Below are positions 9,532 to 19,200 of a stretch of 64,000 nucleotides of DNA, piece by piece; within the stretch, counting starts at the first letter, position 1, and each line of letters opens with the position of its first letter. This DNA comes from Caldimonas sp. (lineage in GTDB: Bacteria; Pseudomonadota; Gammaproteobacteria; Burkholderiales; Burkholderiaceae_C). Both the position numbers and the translations under genes were made by a program. The notes under the pieces were generated by a model that worked only from the letters and a program-made list of their open reading frames with translations, searched no databases and was not told where the DNA came from. The stretch spans positions 211 to 64,210 of the forward strand of contig DASXLD010000012.1 in assembly GCA_036496385.1 (NCBI GenBank). Reading direction: 5' to 3'.

Positions 9532-10973
9532 CCGGCCGCGGGGACGCCCGTCGTGCGCGGCGTCGCCGCCGCATCGCCGTTCTCGGCGCGCAGCCGTGCG
9601 AAGAGGCCATACCAATCGATCCGCCGGGTCGCGATCATGAGCGCCGCGAGCACTCCGAACAGCATGATCGAGCCAAGCAGAAGCGCAGTCTGCTCGAGCT
9701 GCAGCAACGCGTAGAGCGCACCGTAGAGCGCGGCGATCGCCGCGCCGAACGCGGCGCCGGCGCGACTGCCGCGCAGGACGAAGGCGCCGTAGAAGGTGAG
9801 CAGGCCGGTGCAGGCGGCAGCGGCGGCGAGGTACGCAATCGCGAACGGAACGTGCTCGGACAGGCTGACGAGCAGCAGGAAGAAGACCGCGAGTGCAGAG
9901 CCGACGAGCAGGTACTGGATCGGATGGACCCGCAGCCGCCGCAGCACCTCGATCGCAGCGACGCCGACGAACGTCAGGGCGATGAAGAGCAGGCCGTACT
10001 TGGTCGCCCGGTCGCTCAGCACGTAGGGGCTGACCGGATCCATGAACGAGACGCCGAAGGTCTCGATGCAGGGTGGCCGGCGGCCGTCGTCACGGCCAGA
10101 GCTGGCATCGATCTCGTTGTCGTCGAGACGACAGGCCGAGGCTCCCCATGCCGCCGACTGCGGCGCCGTCGTCGCCAGCGCATTGAGCTGCCAGCGCGCC
10201 TTGAAGCCGGTCTCGCCGACCTGCCGATCGAGCGGCAGGAAGCGGCCGGCGAATGACGGGTGCGGCCAGTCCGACGCGAGCACGACCTGGGTGCTGTCGG
10301 CGACGGGAGCGAACGCCAGCTCGCCAGTGCCGACGAGTTCGACGCCGATCTCGGCGCTGAGCGGCCGGCGGGCGCCGGCGAACGACTCGGCGACATCGGC
10401 GTGGAAGCCGCGCGGATGCGCGCCGTGCAGCGTCCCCGGCAGGACGGCGACGACAGCGCCGTCGATCTGCATGGCGGCGCTGCGCACTCCACGCGAGTCG
10501 CCGAGCGCGACGAACATGATCGGCGCCTCGCAATGCAGCCGCGAGCCGGCATGCTGCGGTTCGGGAACGAGGCTCGTTCCCTCGTTCCAGCCAGCGCGCA
10601 GGCGTGCCTTCAGGACGTAGCCGTTGACCTTGAAGATGCCGCGATAGCGCGGCTCGATGGCGACGTCGCCCTTCACCTCGAGCGTCGCCGGCGTCGCGAT
10701 CAGCTTGTAGTCGCGCCGCTCGACGACGGTCTTCCGGTCCTTGCCTTCGCCCTGTGTCACCTCCCAGCTCTCGCTGCAGTCGCGCGAGACGATCGGGCCG
10801 ACCAACGTCTGCGCCGACGCCAGGCTCGCCGCGACGCTGCGCTCGGCTTCACGCAGACGCCCTTCGCGCTCGGCGACGATGCCACTCACCGACTGCAGGG
10901 CGAGCAGGAGGGCGGCGAGGACAGCCGCGAGGGCGATCGTCCTGCCGAAGAGGGGGAAGCGACGCATTGCCAT
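9528..10973 (-). CDS. creD: Inner-membrane protein CreD (cell envelope integrity)
   Basis: N-terminal TM, then IVAEREGRLREAERSVAASLASAQTLVGPIV (the CreD ER...EA...GP pattern). Cluster of C-terminal TM helices. Its stop shares the palindromic CTAG with the ligase stop. Confidence 0.85.
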   Translation of the reverse strand: MAMRRFPLFGRTIALAAVLAALLLALQSVSGIVAEREGRLREAERSVAASLASAQTLVGPIVSRDCSESWEVTQGEGKDRKTVVERRDYKLIATPATLEVKGDVAIEPRYRGIFKVNGYVLKARLRAGWNEGTSLVPEPQHAGSRLHCEAPIMFVALGDSRGVRSAAMQIDGAVVAVLPGTLHGAHPRGFHADVAESFAGARRPLSAEIGVELVGTGELAFAPVADSTQVVLASDWPHPSFAGRFLPLDRQVGETGFKARWQLNALATTAPQSAAWGASACRLDDNEIDASSGRDDGRRPPCIETFGVSFMDPVSPYVLSDRATKYGLLFIALTFVGVAAIEVLRRLRVHPIQYLLVGSALAVFFLLLVSLSEHVPFAIAYLAAAAACTGLLTFYGAFVLRGSRAGAAFGAAIAALYGALYALLQLEQTALLLGSIMLFGVLAALMIATRRIDWYGLFARLRAENGDAAATPRTTGVPAAG

Positions 10974-11081
10974 GGCTGTGCCTTTTTCGACGGGTTGGGT
11001 CGCCGTGTGCGACGTGGCCGCGAGGATCGATCACCGGCGCGAAGACAATACGAAGCGCGACGCGGCGAGACGGCCGGGTCG

Positions 11082-11097
11082 GTGAAGGGAAGGTGAA
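11082..11097 (-). promoter_or_regulatory. cre-tag (CreB-binding direct repeat TTCAC-N6-TTCAC) upstream of creD
   Basis: The plus strand reads GTGAAgggaagGTGAA, so the minus strand reads TTCACcttcccTTCAC. This is an exact match to the enterobacterial cre-tag, 109 nt upstream of the creD start. Confidence 0.55.
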
Positions 11098-11230
11098 ACG
11101 GGAAGCGGGCCGCAGATGCCCGCCGGTGCCAATCGATCGAATTGGCGCGCCGCCCGCCCGCTCATCGGCGCGCCCGGATCGCCCGCTCCCCATACGCTTC
11201 CCACCTGCCCACCCCTTCCTTGCCTTCGCC

Positions 11231-11518
11231 ATGACGATGTTCGGCATTCAACTGCGCAGACCCACCTTCAGCGAAGTCACCGCCGCCGCCGTCATGGCGG
11301 TCGGGCTCTGGGTCGCCGTCATCGGCCTGGCCCAAGTGAGCGGCCATGCGCTGCAGGCGAGGGATGCCGGCGCGCTGCTCGTCGTCAGCGCCTGGGGCTG
11401 CATCGGCGCCCGCCTCGGCGTCGGCATCGGCAAGGGCGGCCGCTACCTCGCCGCCCACGTCGGGATCAACGCCGTGCTGCTCGCGCTCTACCAGGGCGCG
11501 CTCGTCCTCGCGAGCTGA
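11231..11518 (+). CDS. Small hypothetical membrane protein (about 95 aa, 3 hydrophobic segments)
   Basis: ATG at 11231. Strong third-position GC bias and hydrophobic segments. No recognisable family. Confidence 0.45.
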   Translation: MTMFGIQLRRPTFSEVTAAAVMAVGLWVAVIGLAQVSGHALQARDAGALLVVSAWGCIGARLGVGIGKGGRYLAAHVGINAVLLALYQGALVLAS

Positions 11519-11733
11519 TCCGACGCCCGCCGGAAGCGCCCAAACCGGCCCTCTGTAGGAAGGCGCTGACGCCGTCTAAGGATGCTTGCTCATGGGAGCC
11601 CCGTTCGGGTCCGAATAACCTAGGATCGCTTACCAGCACCGCTTCGCTGCGGCTCTGGGAAGTCAGCGCGGCCGGGCACATGCCACTTCCGGTGTGGGCA
11701 GGTCGTCCTCAACGGCTTGAACAGGGGAAGAGC

Positions 11734-12003
11734 ATGAATTTCATCATTTGGCTCGTGGTCGGTGGGCTCATCGGCTGGATCGCCAGCATGATCATGAAGA
11801 CCGACGCCCAGCAGGGCGTGATCCTGAACGTGGTCGTCGGCATCGTCGGCGCCCTGCTCGGCGGCTGGCTGCTGGCTCCCGTGTTCGGCACCGGCACGAT
11901 CAACCAGAACGATTTCAGCCTCGCGGGTCTGGGCGTCTCGCTCCTCGGCGCGATCATCCTGCTCGCGATCGTCAACCTGGTACGCCGCGGCAGCCCGCGC
12001 TGA
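11734..12003 (+). CDS. GlsB/YeaQ/YmgE-family stress-response membrane protein
   Basis: ATG at 11734 follows GGGGAAG. WLVVGGLIGWIASMIM...VVGIVGALLGGWL is the family signature. Confidence 0.85.
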   Translation: MNFIIWLVVGGLIGWIASMIMKTDAQQGVILNVVVGIVGALLGGWLLAPVFGTGTINQNDFSLAGLGVSLLGAIILLAIVNLVRRGSPR

Positions 12004-12105
12004 AGGTTCCACCGGCGGCCCGGCGCGGGCCCGGCCGCCGATGCCTGCCCCTGTTCGGCCTGACAATGTCTGCGGCGTCGGCACGCGCGCGGCGCGAGGG
12101 CGCTC

Positions 12106-12579
12106 ATGCCAAAGACGATCTGGGTCCTCAACGGGCCGAACCTCAATCTGCTCGGCACCCGTGAGCCGGCGATCTACGGGGCGGCCACGCTCGCCGATGT
12201 CGAGCAGGCATGCCGAGCGGCAGCGCGCCCGCACGGTATCGAGATCGACTTCCGCCAGAGCAACCACGAAGGCGAGCTGATCGATTGGCTTCACGCTGCC
12301 GGAGCTGCAGCGCCAGGCTCGGTCGCCGGCATCGTCCTCAACGCCGGCGCGTACACCCACACGTCGGTGGCGCTGCACGACGCCATCAAGGCCATCTTTC
12401 CGCCCGTGATCGAGGTTCACCTTTCCAACGTGCACGCGCGCGAGCCGTTTCGTCACCACTCGTACCTGTCGCCGGCATGCGCCGGGATCGTCGTCGGCTT
12501 CGGCGTTGCCGGCTACGCGATGGCAGTCGAAGGCCTGGCGCGCGCCGCAGCGGCGCCGCCGACAGAAGCGCGACGGTGA
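12106..12579 (+). CDS. aroQ: Type II 3-dehydroquinate dehydratase
   Basis: [68 protein letters not shown]. Confidence 0.9.
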   Translation: MPKTIWVLNGPNLNLLGTREPAIYGAATLADVEQACRAAARPHGIEIDFRQSNHEGELIDWLHAAGAAAPGSVAGIVLNAGAYTHTSVALHDAIKAIFPPVIEVHLSNVHAREPFRHHSYLSPACAGIVVGFGVAGYAMAVEGLARAAAAPPTEARR

Positions 12580-13277
12580 TCGAGAAGCAAATCGCTTCGC
12601 TCGCCGAGGCGGTCGCCGACGTGCCTGATGGCGCGACGGTGATGATCGGCGGCTTCGGCACCGCGGGGCTGCCGAACGAGCTCGTCGACGCGCTCCTCGA
12701 GCAGGGCGCGAAGGACCTCACGATCATCAACAACAACGCCGGCAACGGCGACACCGGCCTGGCGGCGCTGCTCGCGGCGCGCCGCGTCAGGAAGATCGTC
12801 TGCTCGTTCCCGCGCCAGGCCGACAGCCACCACTTCGACCGCCTCTACCGTTCCGGCGAGCTCGAGCTTGAGCTGGTGCCGCAAGGCAACCTCGCCGAGC
12901 GGATCCGCGCTGCCGGCGCCGGAATCGGCGGCTTCTTCACGCCGACCGGGTACGGCACCGAGCTCGCGAAGGGCAAGGAAACGCGCGAGCTCGAGGGCCG
13001 CATGTACGTCTTCGAGACGCCGCTGCACGGCGACTACGCGTTCATCAAGGCCGAGCGTGGCGACCGCTGGGGCAACCTCACCTACCGCATGACCGCGCGT
13101 AACTTCGGCCCGGTGATGGCGATCGCGGCGAAGACGACGATCGCGACCGTGCACGAAATCGTCCCGCTCGGCGGTCTCGACCCGGAATGCGTCGTCACGC
13201 CGGGGATCTTCGTGCAGCGGGTCGTCCGCATCGACCGCCTCGCGACGAGCGCCGGCGGCTTTCGCCAGCAGGCATGA
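12576..13277 (+). CDS. pcaI: 3-oxoadipate (3-oxoacid) CoA-transferase subunit A
   Basis: GTG at 12576 overlaps the aroQ stop (GTGA). ...[40 protein letters not shown]-type motif. Confidence 0.85.
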   Translation: MIEKQIASLAEAVADVPDGATVMIGGFGTAGLPNELVDALLEQGAKDLTIINNNAGNGDTGLAALLAARRVRKIVCSFPRQADSHHFDRLYRSGELELELVPQGNLAERIRAAGAGIGGFFTPTGYGTELAKGKETRELEGRMYVFETPLHGDYAFIKAERGDRWGNLTYRMTARNFGPVMAIAAKTTIATVHEIVPLGGLDPECVVTPGIFVQRVVRIDRLATSAGGFRQQA

Positions 13278-13287
13278 GAAGCGAGCG

Positions 13288-13943
13288 ATGAACGAACGGA
13301 GATGGAGCCGCGCCGAGATGGCCGCACGCGTCGCACGCGATATTCCGGACGGCGCGGTCGTCAACCTCGGCATCGGCTTGCCGACGCTGGTCGCCAACCA
13401 CCTGCCGGAGGGACGCGAAGTCGTCCTGCACAGCGAGAACGGCATCATCGGCATGGGCCCGGCGCCGCGTGAAGGCGACGAGGACTTCGACCTCATCAAC
13501 GCCGGCAAACAGCCCGTCACGCTGCTGCCGGGCGGCTCGTTCTTCCACCATGCCGACAGCTTCGCGATGATGCGCGGCGGCCATCTCGACGTCTGCGTGC
13601 TCGGCGCGTTCCAGGTCTCGGCGCACGGCGACCTCGCCAACTGGCACACCGGCGCTGCCGACGCGATTCCCGCGGTCGGCGGCGCGATGGACCTCGCGAT
13701 CGGCGCCAAGAAGACATACGTCATGATGGAGCACACGACCAAAGGCGGCGAGGCGAAGATCGTCGCGCGCTGCAGCTACCCGCTCACGGGGATCGGCTGC
13801 GTGGCGCGGATCTACACCGACCTTGCGGTGATCGACGTCGGCCCGGACGGGCTCGTCCTCGTCGAGATGGTCGAAGGAATGCCCTTCGACGCACTGCAGG
13901 CCAAGACCGGCGCGCCGATCGCGCGTGCCGCAGGAGCGAGACC

Positions 13944-13947
<4 letters not shown>
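13288..13947 (+). CDS. pcaJ: 3-oxoadipate (3-oxoacid) CoA-transferase subunit B
   Basis: [28 protein letters not shown] (catalytic Glu region), GGAMDL. Confidence 0.85.
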
Positions 13948-15152
<1,205 letters not shown>

Positions 15153-15163
15153 CGACGCCGCGC

Positions 15164-15177
15164 GGCACAACGTTTGC
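15164..15177 (+). promoter_or_regulatory. Sigma-54-type -24/-12 element (GGCAC-aacgt-TTGC) upstream of the acidic-protein gene
   Basis: cGGCACaacgtTTGCc lies 33 nt before the ATG at 15211, with GGAG in between. Pattern match only. Confidence 0.4.
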
Positions 15178-15210
15178 CCAAGCTAGGTTCAACGTTCTCG
15201 GAGCGAAGCC

Positions 15211-15591
15211 ATGTCCCAAAGCAGCATCCTCGGCGGCGATCGTGCGCCCCAGCAAGCCCGCGGCCGCGACGACGAGACGCTCGGTCCGAGCGACACCTCC
15301 GACAGCGGCAGCGACGTCAAGGGAGCGACGCGGCTGAAGACCGACACTCCCGAAGGCGACCTCGGCGGAGCCACTCCGGTCGACGTCGACAGCGATACCG
15401 ATTCGATGGGCACCGGCGAGCGCGCGGAGGCCGTTCCCGAGGGCGCCCGCGACGGCGCCGACATCGCTCCGGATCGGATCGCGCGCTCGAAGGACGCGCT
15501 CGATTCGGCCGAGTCGATCACCGGCAACGACGACACGATCGAGTCCCTTGCCGACGAATCGGCCGACGAGGACCAGGACGAAGACCTCTGA
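15211..15591 (+). CDS. Hypothetical highly acidic, low-complexity (probably disordered) protein, 126 aa
   Basis: ATG follows GGAG. High GC3. Asp/Glu/Ser/Gly-rich sequence (GPSDTSDSGSD, ADESADEDQDEDL). No recognisable domain. Confidence 0.5.
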   Translation: MSQSSILGGDRAPQQARGRDDETLGPSDTSDSGSDVKGATRLKTDTPEGDLGGATPVDVDSDTDSMGTGERAEAVPEGARDGADIAPDRIARSKDALDSAESITGNDDTIESLADESADEDQDEDL

Positions 15592-15603
15592 GAGACGCGG
15601 CTT

Positions 15604-16299
15604 TCAGGCGAGCGGCTGCGCGTCGCGAAGTTGTGTCCGCAAGCGGGAGATATCGGCCGACAGACGCCCCGCGACGAGGCCGACGATCTCGAAGCCGAAC
15701 GCCGGATTCTGGTAGTACAACTCGCGAAGAGTCGCCTGGTTGATGCTGAGCAAGGTGCAGTCCTCGGCGCAGCGCGCGCTTAGCGTTCGCGTGCGCTCAG
15801 GCAAAAAGAAGGCGATCTCGCCGAACATCTGGCCCGGCCCGAAGCTTCCGCCGCTCTCCGGAAACTCGATCCGGCCTTCGACGAGGATGTAGAGGTGGTC
15901 GGCCTCGTCGCCCTGGCGGAACAGGATGTCGCCGGCCTTCTTCCGGCTCTGCTTCATGTAGGGCCTCAGCCAGAGCCCCGACCGGTCGGCGCTGCGCGTC
16001 GCCTTGTGCACCCGCCGCGTCAGCCGCGTCATCTCGACCAGCCGTACGCAGTTGATCGGCAGCAGCACGCCGTGCATCAGTGCCATCACCGGCGCCGGAA
16101 GCAAAACGCCGTAAGTCAGAAAGCCGATGTTGCTGAGGACACCGAACCAGCGCAGCGGCACCATCGTCTTGACGAACGAGCTGCTGATCGTGAAGCCTGC
16201 GCCGACAGCGGCGGCGCACAGGGAGAGGATCTGGATCGGCGAGGAGAACTGGCCCGCCAGGAATGCGCTCACCTGCGCGGCGATCTGCTGAATGGACAC
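15604..16299 (-). CDS. Membrane protein: three N-terminal TM segments fused to a cyclic-nucleotide-binding (CAP/PKA-type) domain
   Basis: GTG start follows GGGAAGG. The cNMP domain reads GDILFRQGDEADHLYILVEGRI...GQMFGEIAFF...RTRTLSARC (phosphate-binding-cassette-like). There is no output domain other than the TM helices. Confidence 0.8.
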   Translation of the reverse strand: MSIQQIAAQVSAFLAGQFSSPIQILSLCAAAVGAGFTISSSFVKTMVPLRWFGVLSNIGFLTYGVLLPAPVMALMHGVLLPINCVRLVEMTRLTRRVHKATRSADRSGLWLRPYMKQSRKKAGDILFRQGDEADHLYILVEGRIEFPESGGSFGPGQMFGEIAFFLPERTRTLSARCAEDCTLLSINQATLRELYYQNPAFGFEIVGLVAGRLSADISRLRTQLRDAQPLA

Positions 16300-16401
16300 T
16301 GGGCACCTTCCCGTGGCGATGCGTCAGGGTCCCATTCTCGACGACGCGCGGCGCGATTCCGCGCCTCGGCGCCACTTCCGACGGATGGCCGGCGGTCGGG
16401 G

Positions 16402-17022
16402 CTAGACGTCGACGAAGCCGGCGCGCAGCGCCTTGGCGACCGCGTGCGCGCGCGACTGCGCCTGCAGCTTGGCGATGATCTGGGCGACGTGGAACTTGGC
16501 GGTGTGTGCCGAGATCCCGAGCGCGCCGCCGATCTCGCGGTTGCCGAGCCCGTTGCTCATCGCCGCGAGGACCTGGCGCTCGCGCGGCGTCAACGCCTCG
16601 AAGCCCGGCGGCGCACCGCGCCGCTCGCCGACGCGCTCGTAGCGAAGCGCCTCGGCAGCGAAGGCCCGCGACGTCGCGACGAGGCCGGCGCGCGCGGCGC
16701 GCGCGGCGCCGGCGATCGCCGCCGGCGAGGCGCCGCGCGGCAGCACCGAGCAGCCGTCGATCAGCCACTCGCCGACGCGCTCGTCGCCGGCAGCCGCAAG
16801 GACGATCGTCTGCGGGCCGCTGCCGGCGAGCGCGTCGAGCTCGGCATCGCCAGCAGCGCCGGCGTCGACGATGACGATCTCGGCACCGCCGTAGCCGGCC
16901 TCGGCGAGCTCGGCGAACGTCGCCGCGGCGCGGACGACGTCGAAGTCGCCCTGCGCGACGAGCCCGTCGGCGATGCCGGCCCGCACCAGCGGCGACGGTG
17001 CAGCGATCGCGATCCGCAGCAT
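16402..17022 (-). CDS. LuxR/FixJ-type transcriptional regulator with a degenerate receiver-like N-domain
   Basis: ATG at 17022 follows GGGAG. C-terminal HTH LTPRERQVLAAMSNGLGNREIGGALGISAHTAKFHVAQI. The receiver-like part has Ala-Pro where the acidic pair normally sits, and Arg where the conserved Lys sits. Confidence 0.8.
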   Translation of the reverse strand: MLRIAIAAPSPLVRAGIADGLVAQGDFDVVRAAATFAELAEAGYGGAEIVIVDAGAAGDAELDALAGSGPQTIVLAAAGDERVGEWLIDGCSVLPRGASPAAIAGAARAARAGLVATSRAFAAEALRYERVGERRGAPPGFEALTPRERQVLAAMSNGLGNREIGGALGISAHTAKFHVAQIIAKLQAQSRAHAVAKALRAGFVDV

Positions 17023-17042
17023 CGGCAAGGCTCCCTTCGGCG

Positions 17043-17987
17043 TCAGCGGCAGCTTCGCTCGCCCGGCCACTCGCCGACCTCGGCGCGCAGGTCGAGCGGC
17101 GCACCGCCGCGCAGGATGCCGAGCGTGACGCTACGGCCGACATGCGACGCCAGCGCCTGGCGAAGCTCGCGAAGGTTCGCGGCGGCGCTCTCGGCGGCGC
17201 GGACGATGATGTCGCCGATCCGCACGCCGGCGCGCTCGGCCGGTCCGCCGGCGGCGAGCGAGGTGACGAGCAGACCGCTCTGCCCGGCTTCGAGGGTCGC
17301 GCCCCCGGCCTCGGCGAGCGGCACCGCCTGCGCGCCGATGCCGAGCCATGGCCGCGCGACGCGGCCGTTGGCGAGCAGCGCATCGACGACGCGGGCGACG
17401 GTCGACGCCGGAACGACGATGCCGTAGCTGCGCGAAAGCGCCGCGGTCGCGACGCCGACGAGGGCGCCCGACGCGTCCGCCACCGGCGCGCCCGAGAGAC
17501 CGTCGTAGACGCCGCCGTCGAGGCGGACGAGGCGATCGACCGAGCCGCCGAGCCAGGTCTGCCACGCGCCACCGACGCGGTTGACGATGCCGGCGCTGGC
17601 GATCGCATCGCCTTCGCCGCTGCGGCCGACGACGATCGCGGTCTGCCCGGCGCGTAGCGCCGACGCATCGCCGGGCACGAGCGGCGTCAGCGCACCGGCA
17701 TCGGCAAGGCGAAACAGCGCCAGGTCGGTCGCCGAGTCGATGCCGACCAGCGTCGCGGCGAGCTGCGTGCCGCCCGCGGCGACGAGCGTCACCGCTGCCG
17801 GCGTGCGCCGAAAGACATGGGCAGCGGTGACGACGAGGCCGGCGCGCCAGACGGCGCCCGACGCGACGGTGTGGCGGCGGCCGAGAACGGCGACCGTCGA
17901 CGCGCCGATGTCGTCGACGATTGCCGCGATGCGGTCGGAGTGGGCGCGCAGCGCGTCGCCGGTGCTGGCTTGGGCGGGAGTGTTCAT
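17043..17987 (-). CDS. S1C (HtrA/DegP-like) serine protease with a C-terminal PDZ domain; no signal peptide seen
   Basis: ATG at 17987. Triad contexts TAAHV, TDLALFRL, GLSGAP. PDZ-like region GLLVTSLAAGGPAERAGVRIGDIIV. The N-terminus is hydrophilic. Confidence 0.8.
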   Translation of the reverse strand: MNTPAQASTGDALRAHSDRIAAIVDDIGASTVAVLGRRHTVASGAVWRAGLVVTAAHVFRRTPAAVTLVAAGGTQLAATLVGIDSATDLALFRLADAGALTPLVPGDASALRAGQTAIVVGRSGEGDAIASAGIVNRVGGAWQTWLGGSVDRLVRLDGGVYDGLSGAPVADASGALVGVATAALSRSYGIVVPASTVARVVDALLANGRVARPWLGIGAQAVPLAEAGGATLEAGQSGLLVTSLAAGGPAERAGVRIGDIIVRAAESAAANLRELRQALASHVGRSVTLGILRGGAPLDLRAEVGEWPGERSCR

Positions 17988-18260
17988 GGGCGTCTCTTTC
18001 GCAAGTGCAATGCGGGCGACGGTACGGCCGGAGGGCCGCCGGCGAACCCGCCGAACGGCGGAGCGCACCGGCCATGTGGGGAGGTCGGCGCTGCTTTGCA
18101 AGGCGCTCGACCGTGTCGCGCCACGGCAGCACGGCAGGAGCTCGCGTCGGTTCGCGCCGATGACCTGCCGTTCGCGCCGCCACGGCCGCGATCGGTCGCA
18201 GGGCGGCGCGCACGCCGAGTCCGGCCGCTAGAGTCGCGCCGTCCCCCAGGAGAATCCCGA

Positions 18261-19196
18261 ATGCTCGAAGCGCAAGGCCTCTGCAAGTCGTACGACAGCC
18301 GTGTCGTCGTCGCGGACCTGTCTCTCAACGTCGGCGCCGGCGAGATCGTCGGCCTGCTCGGCCCGAACGGCGCCGGCAAGTCGACGACGGTTGCGATGCT
18401 GTGCGGGCTCGTCGCCGCCGAGCACGGCAGCGTGTTCGTGGGCAGCGGAGGCGAGCGTCTCGCGCTCGGCGTCGACACCCCGGCCGCGAAGCGGCGCATC
18501 GGCGTCGTCCCGCAGGAACTCTCGATCTACGAGAACCTCGGCGCTGCCGCCAACCTCGCGCTCTTCGGCGCCCTCTACGGGCTCGGCGGTGCACTGCTGC
18601 GCGAGCGCGTCGACGCGGCGCTCGCGCTGGTCGGCCTCGCCGAGCGCGCCAGGGACAAGCCCCAGGTCTTCAGCGGCGGCATGAAGCGGCGCCTCAACAT
18701 CGCCGCAGCGCTGGTCCACGACCCCGATGTCCTGATCCTCGACGAGCCGACGGTCGGCGTCGACCCGCAGAGCCGCAACGCCATCTTCGACAACCTCGAG
18801 AGCTTGCGCGACCGCGGCAAGGCGCTGCTCTACACGACGCACTACATGGAGGAAGCCGAGCGGCTGTGCGACCGCATCGTCGTCATGGACCACGGCCGTG
18901 TCGTCGCCAGCGACACGCTCGCCGGCTTGTACAAGAGGCTGCCCGCGGTCGAGACGCTCGAAGTCGAGGTCGACGGCGCCGTCGACCTCGTCGCCCTCGG
19001 CCGCGACGCCGCCCTCGCCGCGCCGACGCAGGACGGTACCCGCCTTCGCGTCGGCATCGGCGACCTCGGTCGCGATGCCCCTGCCCTGCTCGGCTGGCTC
19101 GCGGCGCGCGGACATGCCGTGCACCGCATCTCGTCGGGCCGCGCCGATCTCGAGGACGTGTTCCTTTCGCTCACCGGCCGCCAACTCAGGGACTGA
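18261..19196 (+). CDS. ABC transporter ATP-binding protein (ABC-2/DrrA-like exporter type)
   Basis: ATG follows AGGAG. Walker A GPNGAGKST, signature FSGGMKRRL, Walker B LILDEPT. Confidence 0.9.
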   Translation: MLEAQGLCKSYDSRVVVADLSLNVGAGEIVGLLGPNGAGKSTTVAMLCGLVAAEHGSVFVGSGGERLALGVDTPAAKRRIGVVPQELSIYENLGAAANLALFGALYGLGGALLRERVDAALALVGLAERARDKPQVFSGGMKRRLNIAAALVHDPDVLILDEPTVGVDPQSRNAIFDNLESLRDRGKALLYTTHYMEEAERLCDRIVVMDHGRVVASDTLAGLYKRLPAVETLEVEVDGAVDLVALGRDAALAAPTQDGTRLRVGIGDLGRDAPALLGWLAARGHAVHRISSGRADLEDVFLSLTGRQLRD

Positions 19197-19200
19197 CCGC

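Noticed and set aside
15604-16299. Pycsar/CBASS-type anti-phage system around the TM-cNMP-binding gene
   Set aside because: No nucleotide cyclase, CD-NTase or other defence gene is adjacent. The architecture alone is not enough, so I report it only as an orphan effector-like protein.
15797-18213. 623-aa and 360-aa minus-strand ORFs, and the 510-aa plus-strand ORF, over the cNMP/LuxR/protease region
   Set aside because: They are Arg-rich, low-complexity alternative frames. The in-frame products with HTH, protease-triad and cNMP motifs explain the coding signal.
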